DNA of 64,000 nt from Dehalococcoidia bacterium (GCA_965205385.1 CBDBGS010000008.1:745752-809751), one strand, 5' to 3'. Numbered from the stretch's first letter, positions 43,340-52,048 are shown. The notes: generated by a model from the sequence alone, not told the origin. Program-made: numbers and translations.

Positions 43340-45279
43340 TAACCGCAGACGAATTCAGGGCTGCCCTTCGGCTTGGTGACGCACCGGAAGAAGTGGCCGA
43401 GGCCAACAGAATCTACACCTATGCTGTCGAGGCGGTAGAGAAGTACGCCTCCGGTGCCAGTGAGGCGGCGAAGTCTGAGGCGACCATCCGGCTAGGCTCC
43501 TACCTCTACGACCAACCCACTTCCAGCCGTGGCGACCACTACGCCGCAGCGGGACGAAACTCCGGTGCATGGGCCATCCTTGCGCCATACAGAATACGCC
43601 GGGCCGGGACCATAGGCGAGGCGGTCCAGATTGCCCGTGAGAGCGGTTCGCCAGGCAACCCCGTTATCGGCGTGGACGTTACAGGCGATATCCTGACCGT
43701 GACGTTTGCCGATGGGAGTATGGAAACCCACACTCTACCCGACACCGGCGTTGACCAAGTGGCGCGGGATAGCGCAGCGATGGCGGAAGCGACGGCGGCA
43801 GGGGCCGTTACGGACGCGGCCACCAACGCCTTGGCAGTTAGCGCGGCGCAGAGTACGGCGGATGGCAAGATAGACGAAGCCGATGCAAACATCCTGATAG
43901 CGGCGCACGCGGCCATAGTTACGGCGCACCATACGCCTCCCACTGGAGGCGCACCTACCTATACCCTGTTGGGTAGGGCATCTCTCACCACTAACCATTT
44001 TCTGTTCAGTGTGGAGCATGGAAACGTTCTCGCCGAAGAACTGATAAACGGCGAGGCGGAATCCCTTTTGCTTACGTTGACGGACTTCAACCGTCACTAC
44101 CATATATGGGAAATTCCGCTCCGGTGGCGCGACTACACCTACGGCCCTAACTACGAGTTTTACAAGGAATATGTCAACAATTCGACGGGCGCGGTTTCGG
44201 GCATGAACCTGGCGGTGGAGCGTAACACGTCCACAGCCGACACAACGGCCATTCTTAGCATGTTGACAACGGCGGTATTCGACACTGGCACACAATGCGC
44301 GGTGTACTCGGTAACTGGCGCTGGCGGAAGCGGTGGCGGCGGTGGCGGCGGGATGTTCTCTGGCACAGACCAACTAGCCAGAGACGCGGCGGCAACGGCG
44401 CAAGGTGAGATAGACACGCACGAGGCCAGCACTCATAACACCGACATAACGGCGCAAAGTACGGCGCTGAACGCACGGCAGACGGCGGAACAGGCGCAAA
44501 CCACGATTGAGACTCACGAGGCCAGCACCCATAACCACGACGCCACGGCGCGTACAGCGGCGGGGGCGGCGCAAAGTGAAATAGACGTGCATGAGGCGTC
44601 AACCCATAACCACGATGCCGGGGCACGTACAGCGGCGGCGAACGCACAGATAACGGCAGACACGGCGCAATCGGCTGCATCGGGCGCGCAATCCGATGCT
44701 GATACCGCGCAGACTACCGCCGGGCAAGCGCAAGCGACGGCGACGGCGGCGCAGACTGATATTGACAATCACGAGGCGTCAACCCACAACACCGATGCCG
44801 GGGCGCGCACGGCGGCGGCAAATGCTCAATCCGCTATCGAAGATCACGGACGCACAACCCATAACACCGATACCGTTGCCAGGAACGCGGCGGCGGCGGC
44901 GCAAACGGCGGCGGAAGCGGCGGCGGGCGGGCGGCCTACCGTGCTGTATGAAGCGGCAACGGCGGCGATTGGCGGGAGTACGGGGTTGATAACTGGCAAC
45001 GTGGTTTGCCCGGAAACTGGCGAGCTTGAATTCTATTTCGAGGGATTGACCGGCTCTCGGCAGGGCGGCGTTGCCTACGCTCGGATACCGGCGGCAAGGA
45101 TACGGGGCGCGGTGTCTGCGCTTACGACTGCCTACAACAATGACAATGAAAACGTGCTGGTAATCGCGCACGGGGCAAACCGTGGAATTGGGATAGCAGT
45201 ACAAGCGACCACCAACTATCTAATGCTGAACGCGCAGGCGGCGGGAAACCATTACATTCGCATATCGCACATAGCCTAG
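43330..45279 (+). CDS. gp6-like head-tail connector domain fused to a 550-aa repeat-containing extension
   Basis: The N-terminal ~100 aa (ITADEFRAALRLGD...IRLGSYLYDQ...ILAPYRIRR) fit Phage_connect_1. A globular segment and a poly-Gly tract (GAGGSGGGGGGG) follow. Then come five I(D/E)xHEASTHN(T/H)D...AR(T/N)AAxxAQ repeats and a C-terminal domain. The stop TAG is part of the CTAG target of the IS. Confidence 0.6.
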   Translation: MALITADEFRAALRLGDAPEEVAEANRIYTYAVEAVEKYASGASEAAKSEATIRLGSYLYDQPTSSRGDHYAAAGRNSGAWAILAPYRIRRAGTIGEAVQIARESGSPGNPVIGVDVTGDILTVTFADGSMETHTLPDTGVDQVARDSAAMAEATAAGAVTDAATNALAVSAAQSTADGKIDEADANILIAAHAAIVTAHHTPPTGGAPTYTLLGRASLTTNHFLFSVEHGNVLAEELINGEAESLLLTLTDFNRHYHIWEIPLRWRDYTYGPNYEFYKEYVNNSTGAVSGMNLAVERNTSTADTTAILSMLTTAVFDTGTQCAVYSVTGAGGSGGGGGGGMFSGTDQLARDAAATAQGEIDTHEASTHNTDITAQSTALNARQTAEQAQTTIETHEASTHNHDATARTAAGAAQSEIDVHEASTHNHDAGARTAAANAQITADTAQSAASGAQSDADTAQTTAGQAQATATAAQTDIDNHEASTHNTDAGARTAAANAQSAIEDHGRTTHNTDTVARNAAAAAQTAAEAAAGGRPTVLYEAATAAIGGSTGLITGNVVCPETGELEFYFEGLTGSRQGGVAYARIPAARIRGAVSALTTAYNNDNENVLVIAHGANRGIGIAVQATTNYLMLNAQAAGNHYIRISHIA

Positions 45280-47069
45280 AAACCGGGCCGAAAAGTCCTG
45301 GTTGGGTAGGGGGATTTGGGCAATAAAGCCGACGTGAGCAGGATCACGGACCACAGTTGTCCGAGCCGGACCGCGCAGAAATTGGCCGCAGCATGGGCGA
45401 CAACAAAGGGGACAATATTGAGGACGACGCTGCGGCCTGTTGCGCCGCCACCGGTACGGCCCGACCGCCCGAGTTTCCCGGCCACCAGGGTCAGGTTGGC
45501 TACCGTGGCAGCCAGATACAGCTGGAATCGCGTCTTGACCCTGCCGAAATAGCGGGACTGGCGAATGCCCAACTGGACCAGCCGGGCCAACCGGTGTTCC
45601 ACCACCACTCGGCGCACTCGATATTCGTCATAATGAGTGCTTTGCTGCAACGCTCGGGCCTGCTGCAGCAGGGCTTCCTGGGGATGGATCAGCACCCGCC
45701 GCCCCCTACTCCCCTTGGCTGCGATGCACTGGGACCGCAGTGGACATGTCCGACATTCGGCCCCGTCGAACTGGAAGGCCTGCAAGCGGTGGACCCGCCC
45801 TGTGCGACCCGTCCGCTTTCCCGCCGGCACGATGGTGTGGGTAACCTGTCCGGCGGGACAGGTGCAACTGCCCGCGGCCAGGTCAATATGGAAGTCCTCT
45901 TTCGGAAAGTGCTTCCGGTCGGGCCGTCCCGGCACTCTGGCCACCAACCGGCGTCCCGCATCGGCGAATGCCTGCCTGGTATCGCCATCCCCATAGGCGG
46001 CGTCGCCCATGGCTTCCTCCACCGGCACACCGGTGTTGGCCTCGCTCTGCTCCACCAATTCCAGCGATCCCAGGTTGTCCGGAGCGTTGCCGGGCAATAC
46101 CTCCACCGCGGTGATCAGCTGGGAGTCGGTGTCCACCACGATGGCCGCCTTGTGTCCGTCGAACCGTCTACTGCTGCTCTTGTGGCCGTGGCGCATCTCC
46201 GGGTCATGCACCGACATCATCCGGTCCCGGCTCACCCCGTCCTTGAGATTCACTCCGTCATCGGTCCGCTCCACGTCCTGGAGCAGCAACTGCCCCAGCA
46301 GTTCCGCCGCCGCCACTATCTGCTGCCGCTCAGCGCTATCCTCCCCCAATTCCCTCTGCGCCTGCCGCGACAACTCCAACAACCGGTCGGCGTCTCTCAC
46401 AATCTCGGCCAGCAGGGCCTGCCGCGCCCGTTTGTCGCTCCAGTCGATGGCCGACTCACCCTTCACGCTGGAACCCAGGTACCGCTCATATCCCCGGGCC
46501 TTGGCCCATTCTTTGACGCTGGACTTCTCCACTGCCGCCAGCGCCCGCAACAGCTTGACGATCCCGTCCGCCAACAGATTGTAGGTGTCCTTCACCGCGC
46601 CACGGCCCAGGATGTTGGTCGTGTCCAACGCCACCCGCATCCCGCGCCCTTTCAGATACCCCGACTCCCGGGCCAAACGCAGGCTGGACTCGAACACCTC
46701 CCGCACCTTGCCGTGCAGTATCAGCTGGGCGCGGAACACCTGCAGCGTGCTCTTGGCGAAGGGACGGTCTTCCACCTCAATCCCCAAGGCCACCTTCCAC
46801 CGGATGTCGAAGTCGGCCCGGGCCTTGGCCTCAGCGTCGCTCACCTTGTCGTGGGACTGGAGCAGGAGCGCCGTCGCCAGCAGGCTGGGCGGCACGCTGT
46901 CCCGGCCGTTGTCGGCGCAGTAGAACCCGGCGAAATCGGGGTCCCGGAACAGGCGGCCCCGCAGCGAGGCCAGCAGACCGTAGAAGGTGTCCCGCCCCAC
47001 GTGGTCCAGATACAACCGGTCTGCTTCCCAGAGGCCCCTCTGGTCCGACCGCTCTCCCAGCATGCTCAA
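45276..47069 (-). CDS. IS1182-family transposase (DUF772 N-terminal + DDE domain)
   Basis: 597 aa. GRDSVPPSLLATALLLQSHDKVSDAEAKARADFDIRWKVALGI is the DUF772 block. It also has the zinc-ribbon-like CTCPAGQ...CRTCPLRSQC and a C-terminal DDE region. Confidence 0.8.
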   Translation of the reverse strand: MSMLGERSDQRGLWEADRLYLDHVGRDTFYGLLASLRGRLFRDPDFAGFYCADNGRDSVPPSLLATALLLQSHDKVSDAEAKARADFDIRWKVALGIEVEDRPFAKSTLQVFRAQLILHGKVREVFESSLRLARESGYLKGRGMRVALDTTNILGRGAVKDTYNLLADGIVKLLRALAAVEKSSVKEWAKARGYERYLGSSVKGESAIDWSDKRARQALLAEIVRDADRLLELSRQAQRELGEDSAERQQIVAAAELLGQLLLQDVERTDDGVNLKDGVSRDRMMSVHDPEMRHGHKSSSRRFDGHKAAIVVDTDSQLITAVEVLPGNAPDNLGSLELVEQSEANTGVPVEEAMGDAAYGDGDTRQAFADAGRRLVARVPGRPDRKHFPKEDFHIDLAAGSCTCPAGQVTHTIVPAGKRTGRTGRVHRLQAFQFDGAECRTCPLRSQCIAAKGSRGRRVLIHPQEALLQQARALQQSTHYDEYRVRRVVVEHRLARLVQLGIRQSRYFGRVKTRFQLYLAATVANLTLVAGKLGRSGRTGGGATGRSVVLNIVPFVVAHAAANFCAVRLGQLWSVILLTSALLPKSPYPTRTFRPGF

Positions 47070-47142
47070 GCCCTCGCTATTTCTTGATGGCTCAAGTATA
47101 GCTGACCACCCGGCTGAAGCCAGTTTCCGGCCACGTTTCTAG
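45276..47142 (-). mobile_element. IS1182/IS5-superfamily insertion sequence in the intergenic CTAG
   Basis: The imperfect terminal inverted repeats are CTAGAAACCGGGCCGAAAAGT (45276-) and the reverse complement of CAGTTTCCGGCCACGTTTCTAG (-47142). CTAG is at both ends. Removing the element restores ...ISHIA-TAG followed by an AGGGG RBS and the next gene's ATG. Confidence 0.7.
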
Positions 47143-47151
47143 AGGGGTGTT

Positions 47152-47496
47152 ATGCCAGCCGACCGCCTAATCACCGTCAACCTCACAGGGGAAGGTATGC
47201 GGAACCAATACGGGGAATACGTCGAGGGCGAAGTTACGCCTATACGGACGTGGACAAGGCGGCGTGACAAGACACAAGAGGATATTGAATCTGAGGGGGG
47301 CGTCCTAACGAGTGTGCAACGTACTTGGCGCATTAGGTGGGACAGCAGGATAGCGGACGTTCCAGTGGTGCGCATCGAGGTGGTGGATGGGCCGTACACC
47401 TTCAACGTACTGAATCAAGTTGAGGTCACCGAGCAACGAGGCGGGCCAGACCTGCGGCGCAGGTTCATAGACATTGAAGGAGTGTACACCAGCTAA
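47152..47496 (+). CDS. phage head closure / head-tail adaptor protein
   Basis: 114 aa. Size, position and the TWRIRWDSRI...Y.F.V block are typical of the Phage_H_T_join family. Confidence 0.55.
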   Translation: MPADRLITVNLTGEGMRNQYGEYVEGEVTPIRTWTRRRDKTQEDIESEGGVLTSVQRTWRIRWDSRIADVPVVRIEVVDGPYTFNVLNQVEVTEQRGGPDLRRRFIDIEGVYTS

Positions 47497-48557
47497 TGCG
47501 TTTCCCATGGCAAAAGCGTGAAACAAGGCAAAGCGGCGGTGACTTCTCCGATGCCGTTGTCAGACTGATTGAAGCTCAGGCGGCGGGAACTGCTGCGGAC
47601 GCTTCCAGCACGGCGGCGGTGGAGGCGGCGTCTGGTGCGCTTTCACGGGCGTTTGCCATTGCCGAGGTAGTTGGAGACGGTTGGGTACAGGAAGCCGTGT
47701 CTCCGGCGTTCCTGGCGCAAGTGGGGCGTGATCTGGTTAGGTCGGGCGACTCATTGCATGTCATCGAAATGGACGGCAAGGGCAACGTGACCCTGTTGCC
47801 GTGTTCTTCATGGCACTTCGAGGGTGACGCTCACCCGGACACCTGGACCGTGCGGGCCACCTACTACGGGCCTAGCAGCAGCAGCACTCGGCACCTGCCC
47901 TTTAGCGGCGTGGTGTTCGTGAAGTGGGGCAGCACACCCGGTCAACCCTACACCGGCACGGGACCGCTATCGTGGGCGCATACCACCGCCAGACTTCAAT
48001 CCGAAACCGAACGCAGCCTTACCGACGAGGTACAAGGTCCATTGGCGCAAATCATAGCCATACCGCAAGATGGAGGTGACGGCGGCGAAGATGATCCGCT
48101 GGCGGAACTGAAAGCCGACATTCGGACGGCAAGAGGCCGCGCCCTGTTGGTGGAGACGGCGGCGGCGGGTTGGGGTGAGGGCAGAGGTGCCGCACCACAA
48201 CGCGACTGGCAAGCAAGCCGCCTTGGGCCGATGCCGCCGGAGAGCATGGCCACCATACGCAAGGACTCCTTTGGTTCGGTGGTGGCGGCGTGTGGCGCAT
48301 CGCCCGCCCTGTTCGACGACTCCGACGGCACCAGCAAGCGGGAAGCACTGAGACAGTGGCACATGGGAACGGTGCGGCCATTGGCGCGGCTGTTGGAAAC
48401 GGAGCTTACCGCCAAGCTGGAAACGCCGGTCAAGCTGACATTCGACGCCTACTCCCTGGACATCGCGGGGAGGGCGCAGGCGTTCAAGGCTTTCGTGGGC
48501 GGCGGGATGGACGTTAACGAGGCGTTGGTCAAGACGGGGTTGATGGACCCGGACTAA
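47496..48557 (+). CDS. HK97-family phage portal protein
   Basis: 353 aa. The start overlaps the previous stop (TAATG). It has Phage_portal-like central and C-terminal blocks (...ESMATIRKDSFGSVVAACGASPALF..., LETELTAKL). Confidence 0.65.
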   Translation: MRFPWQKRETRQSGGDFSDAVVRLIEAQAAGTAADASSTAAVEAASGALSRAFAIAEVVGDGWVQEAVSPAFLAQVGRDLVRSGDSLHVIEMDGKGNVTLLPCSSWHFEGDAHPDTWTVRATYYGPSSSSTRHLPFSGVVFVKWGSTPGQPYTGTGPLSWAHTTARLQSETERSLTDEVQGPLAQIIAIPQDGGDGGEDDPLAELKADIRTARGRALLVETAAAGWGEGRGAAPQRDWQASRLGPMPPESMATIRKDSFGSVVAACGASPALFDDSDGTSKREALRQWHMGTVRPLARLLETELTAKLETPVKLTFDAYSLDIAGRAQAFKAFVGGGMDVNEALVKTGLMDPD

Positions 48558-48587
48558 CCCTTCCTTCTGTAAGCCACGCACAGGCGC

Positions 48588-48630
48588 GAAACTAGGGGCG
48601 GTGGAGCCGAATGCCACCGCCCCTAGTTTT
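48588..48630. terminator. bidirectional Rho-independent terminator between portal and integrase
   Basis: A 13-bp perfect stem CTAGGGGCGGTGG / CCACCGCCCCTAG has AAA upstream and TTTT downstream. It lies between convergent genes. Confidence 0.75.
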
Positions 48631-48651
48631 CAGACCATGCCTAGCGCCTTA

Positions 48652-49845
48652 TTAGAAGGGCGATTGATCGGGAGCCACCATATCGCCCCACGCTTCCATG
48701 ATCGGACGCCGCTGGTCGATTAGGTCTGACCGAAAGTACGCCGCTTCCACCGCGCCTAGCGGATTATGACTAAGGCAATACTCAATCGCTACGCGGTCGT
48801 ATGTTCCTTGTTCCGCTGCCCAATCTCGGAAGCTGGAGCGGAAGCCGTGCGGGTGTGCGCCGATATTGTTGACGCGGGCAAACTTGGATAGGCAATTTTC
48901 CGATGGTGCCTTGCCGAGCTTCGGGAACACCAAACCCGTACTATCCGCCAACTTCCGCTTGGCTTCCCGGAGAACATCGACGGCGGCGCGGGATAGTGGC
49001 TTGCGGTGTTCCTTGCAATCCTTGGAGCGGTCCGCCGGGATTGACCATACCCGATGGTCAAGGTCGATTTCTTCCCAACGTGCGCCGCGTGCTTCGGCAG
49101 ACCGTGAAGCGGTCAGAATTAGGAATTCAAAACACAACCGCGTTACGGTCATAGCTTCCGAATCCCGGATGGTGTTGATTGCGTCTGGAACCTGCGAGTA
49201 GTGAAGGGCGGTAAAGTGGCCTTGAATCTTGGGGATTGGCGGCAACGCTGCGCTGATAACTTCGCCAGCGGGATTTACGTCTATGTGACCTTCCGCCATC
49301 GCGTACCGGCAGACCTTGGACATCGCCTGGCGCATCTTCCGGGAGGTTTCAACCTTGGATACCCGGAGTCCCTTTAGGATGCAAATCACGTCCTGGCGGC
49401 TAACTTCGGTGATCGGGATATCGCCAATGACCGGGAGGACGTGCAATTCCATCTGCTGTATCCAAGTCTTACGCGCCTTGTCAGACCGCCAGCGGTTCGC
49501 GTAAACGTCCTGGACCGTGTACGTCAAATCCCGGAAGGTTGGGACGCCTTTGGATTCTTCGGACTGGACGCGAAGTTTGCCAGTGGCCCAAGGATTCCCA
49601 CCACCAGCAACAACTACGCGGTTGGCAAGGGCAAGGTCACGCGCCTTACTGAGCGAAATATCCTTGACGGAGCCGAGACCCTTATCTGTGCGCGTGCCGT
49701 CAACGGTGATTCTCTGGACCCAACTTTTGGAACCGCTAGGCGAGATGTTCAGGTATAGGCCGTTACCATCGCCATATCTTCCCGGTTCTTTTAGACTCTT
49801 TACCTTTGCCGCTACCAGTGCCATTTTGCCCACTCCCTTTACCAC
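48652..49845 (-). CDS. int: tyrosine recombinase, P4-type integrase with DUF4102 arm-binding domain
   Basis: GDGNGLYLNISPSGSKSWVQRI is the DUF4102 block. The catalytic region contains ...TASRSAEARGARWEEID..., HGFRSSFRDWAAE and LSH...AY. The likely true start is the ATG at 49824 (MALVAAKVKSLK). The start is about 105-125 nt from the tRNA 3-prime end. Confidence 0.85.
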   Translation of the reverse strand: MVKGVGKMALVAAKVKSLKEPGRYGDGNGLYLNISPSGSKSWVQRITVDGTRTDKGLGSVKDISLSKARDLALANRVVVAGGGNPWATGKLRVQSEESKGVPTFRDLTYTVQDVYANRWRSDKARKTWIQQMELHVLPVIGDIPITEVSRQDVICILKGLRVSKVETSRKMRQAMSKVCRYAMAEGHIDVNPAGEVISAALPPIPKIQGHFTALHYSQVPDAINTIRDSEAMTVTRLCFEFLILTASRSAEARGARWEEIDLDHRVWSIPADRSKDCKEHRKPLSRAAVDVLREAKRKLADSTGLVFPKLGKAPSENCLSKFARVNNIGAHPHGFRSSFRDWAAEQGTYDRVAIEYCLSHNPLGAVEAAYFRSDLIDQRRPIMEAWGDMVAPDQSPF

Positions 49846-49900
49846 GTTACCACTTGAGTTTTACCACGCTATTTACCACACCACGCGGAATTTACCACAG
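49838..49900 (+). promoter_or_regulatory. five arm-type repeats (T)TTACCAC between int and the tRNA
   Basis: Copies start at 49838, 49846, 49859, 49872 (TTTACCACACC, identical to 34119-34129) and 49891. All share one orientation. Confidence 0.55.
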
Positions 49901-49949
49901 ATTAGGCGTGGAAATCTATACCTAGAAGGGGCAAATACTGACCAATAAG

Positions 49950-50021
49950 TACCCCCGGAGAGAATCGAACTCTCGTCTCTGGCTCCGGAGGCCAGCACTC
50001 TATCCGCTGAGCTACAGGGGC
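49950..50021 (-). tRNA. tRNA-Arg (anticodon CCG), no encoded CCA
   Basis: The minus strand folds as acceptor GCCCCTG with D, anticodon and T arms, with anticodon loop CTCCGGA and T arm GAGAG-TTCGATT-CTCTC. The 3-prime acceptor strand is CGGGGGT followed by A. The acceptor stem has G-U pairs. Confidence 0.85.
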
Positions 50022-50095
50022 ACGCTGCAACCTAGAATATCATGCCCAATTGGGGCGAACAAGGCGGGGCGGGGCAGGCGGGTTAGGCGGACGGC

Positions 50096-51313
50096 TTATC
50101 CCGAATAAATCACCCCGGCCACTGATACCAAGGAGCCGAATTCCTCATCCGCCGGGCACTGGTCGTAGTTGACTATCTTTCCCGAAACGTCTCCCAGGAT
50201 GGTCATCATATAAAGGACAGGGCTCACACCGCAGATCCGCGTTGGATCGCCGTTGCTTCGCAGGTGCTCTTCCATCAAAGTCCTATCTCCCGAGCAAGCG
50301 ATCTCCAACCAGGCTTCGTCCGATTCCCGGACCCTCGCCTTGGCCGGGCCGTCGAAGGGAGATGGGTCCCCAAACGCCGGTCCCACGTGACTAATGTCAC
50401 CGGCGGCGACCAACAGGGTGGGCTGCTGCCGGGTGGCCTCAGACAAAAGGGATAAAGCCGCCTCGATATTGGGGCTATTCCCTTCGTTGTTCCCTGCGAG
50501 AATTTCAGGGAAACCGCAAAGCACGGGCAGGACCCGTTTGGGTTTCCCACCCGCCATGTAATGAAGCCAGACTGCGGCCAACTCGACTGAATGCTCGCCT
50601 ATGTGGTGGACTTCCTCGTCGAAGGCCGCTTCCTGGCCCAAAACCTCAACCAGCCGGTCAACCAGGTCTGTGTCCGTCGGCAGGTGGCCCCAGGGCGTCC
50701 CGTAGCTCTGACGGGTCAACGTGAACTTTCCAGGCGAACCGGAGTGGTCGGTGCCCAGAATAATCACCAATTCCGCCGCTTCAACCGCGCCTCTGGCAGG
50801 CTCCCAAGCCTGAACATAGGACCTCCACCCCCGGTAGTAGTCGATGTGGGGGCTAATGAGACCTACCACGGGCGAGCCGGGCACAAAGCTGCCGCGGTCC
50901 GCACCCTTGCAGTATTCATCGAAGGTGGCGGTTAGCTCCGCTTCGTCGGCCGGATAGACTTCCCCGGCGAAGGCCGGCGTGCGGAAGGGGGTGGAACGGT
51001 AGCGTTCAAGTACTTCGTCCAGCGCGAGGTGGAACCGTCGGCTATCCAGGAGGCGGGCTTCGTCCAACTGATGAATAAATTCCTCCATCTGTGCGGGGGT
51101 CAAATGGACCCCGGTCCGGAGTCCAAAACCTACCCGCAGGGCGTCCAGGTCCCGTGAGCCATCAAGCAGACCAAGCAGAGGCGCAATCGACTCCGGCACC
51201 ATGAGAGAAGAATCCGCCAGGCGCAATGGGTCCTGTAGCGTGAGCATTGTTTGCCCGTGTACCTGTACCGACCGTAGGTTTAGGGGACGGAGCTTTGGCA
51301 GATCTGATTGCAT
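50096..51313 (-). CDS. AmmeMemoRadiSam system protein B (MEMO1 family) with an N-terminal extension
   Basis: 405 aa with SPHIDYYRG, ILGTDHSG and AAGDISHVGP motifs typical of Memo-like proteins. Confidence 0.7.
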   Translation of the reverse strand: MQSDLPKLRPLNLRSVQVHGQTMLTLQDPLRLADSSLMVPESIAPLLGLLDGSRDLDALRVGFGLRTGVHLTPAQMEEFIHQLDEARLLDSRRFHLALDEVLERYRSTPFRTPAFAGEVYPADEAELTATFDEYCKGADRGSFVPGSPVVGLISPHIDYYRGWRSYVQAWEPARGAVEAAELVIILGTDHSGSPGKFTLTRQSYGTPWGHLPTDTDLVDRLVEVLGQEAAFDEEVHHIGEHSVELAAVWLHYMAGGKPKRVLPVLCGFPEILAGNNEGNSPNIEAALSLLSEATRQQPTLLVAAGDISHVGPAFGDPSPFDGPAKARVRESDEAWLEIACSGDRTLMEEHLRSNGDPTRICGVSPVLYMMTILGDVSGKIVNYDQCPADEEFGSLVSVAGVIYSG

Positions 51314-51583
51314 AGGCAGCGATTATATATGAACCCACGTCGCGACCGCCATTTGGGACGCTCCATCACAGGGTCTATTAATTGTCGGTCCATTCGCCCA
51401 TTCTCCCCCTTTCGAAAAAGGGGATTAAGGGGGATTTCTCCCCTGCTCGAGTCTGCGTTCGCGAAAATCGAGAATAATTGGCCCTGTTCCATTTCACTAA
51501 TCTTAAAGACGAGTCTCGTTCTAGGCGCACAGTGACCTCGGCGGTCCTGACCGGTGCGGTACTGATTGGCGGTACTTACGATT

Positions 51584-51610
51584 AAAAGGCCCCGTCTCCA
51601 TCAGCGGGGG
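51584..51610 (-). terminator. candidate Rho-independent terminator
   Basis: The minus strand reads GCCCCG-(10 nt)-CGGGGC followed by CTTTTAAT. It lies just after the stop of the 89-aa ORF. Confidence 0.4.
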
Positions 51611-51613
51611 CAA

Positions 51614-51883
51614 TCACACACCGCGGTACCAGCCGCCGGTGACATGGTTTTTCAAGACCATCAACTGCGACCCATCCGCAAGGGCTAACTTGTACTGAGT
51701 CTTGACCACCTGCTCACCCCCAACCATCCGTTGCTTGTCATCGTGGGCAGATTCTACCCTTTCCACCGATATCCAAATGCCGTTCAATCTCAAATGCTTG
51801 GGAGTTCCCCCGCCATCCTCCCTGACGCGTACCGGTATCCAAACCATCTTCGGTCCGCCGCCTGAATCCTGCGAGCCGTCCAT
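51614..51883 (-). CDS. small hypothetical protein
   Basis: 89-aa ORF. An internal MVWIPVRV start is possible. No motif recognised. Confidence 0.35.
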   Translation of the reverse strand: MDGSQDSGGGPKMVWIPVRVREDGGGTPKHLRLNGIWISVERVESAHDDKQRMVGGEQVVKTQYKLALADGSQLMVLKNHVTGGWYRGV

Positions 51884-52048
51884 CTGCCCTCCGATTGACC
51901 CTTTTACCCTTTGACGCTGGTATCGACGGCAAACTCTAGAGACTGGTCACACGACAAGGCAAGCCGGCTTTGTCATCCTTGCGGACCGGATGCGTTTCTG
52001 TTGTACTGGCCAGGACGTTTCCTCCCAGACCAAAATCCATAAGGAGAC

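Larger units (their letters stand above)
34055..49972. mobile_element. integrative island at tRNA-Arg(CCG): tail-less capsid-encoding element (cf-PICI-like satellite or head-only prophage remnant) carrying 3 IS elements and a MITE
   Basis: It is bounded by the tRNA-Arg 3-prime end (49950-49972) and an 18/23 direct copy (34055-34077), with TTTACCAC arm-type repeats just inside both ends. Contents are int, xis, virE-like gene, iteron ori, TerL, HNH, MCP, protease, connector, head-closure and portal. No tail or lysis genes are present. Confidence 0.6.

Noticed and set aside
45357-47087. 576-aa ORF on the plus strand.
   Set aside because: It is exactly antisense to the IS1182-family transposase and has an Arg/Pro/Gly/His-rich low-complexity composition, so it is a shadow ORF of GC-rich coding DNA. 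The same reasoning rejects most other long antisense ORFs in the track, for example 366-1100, 2027-2728, 12580-13380, 18054-18986, 29159-30133 and 34442-35575.
51380-51470. A cluster of G/C-tract hairpins (CCCCCTTTCGAAAAAGGGG, then GGGGGATTTCTCCCCT) that resembles repeat-derived sequences seen in many genomes.
   Set aside because: There is a single occurrence in this window, no flanking U-tract on either strand, and I cannot assign it to a named element from memory. It is recorded only as an observation.
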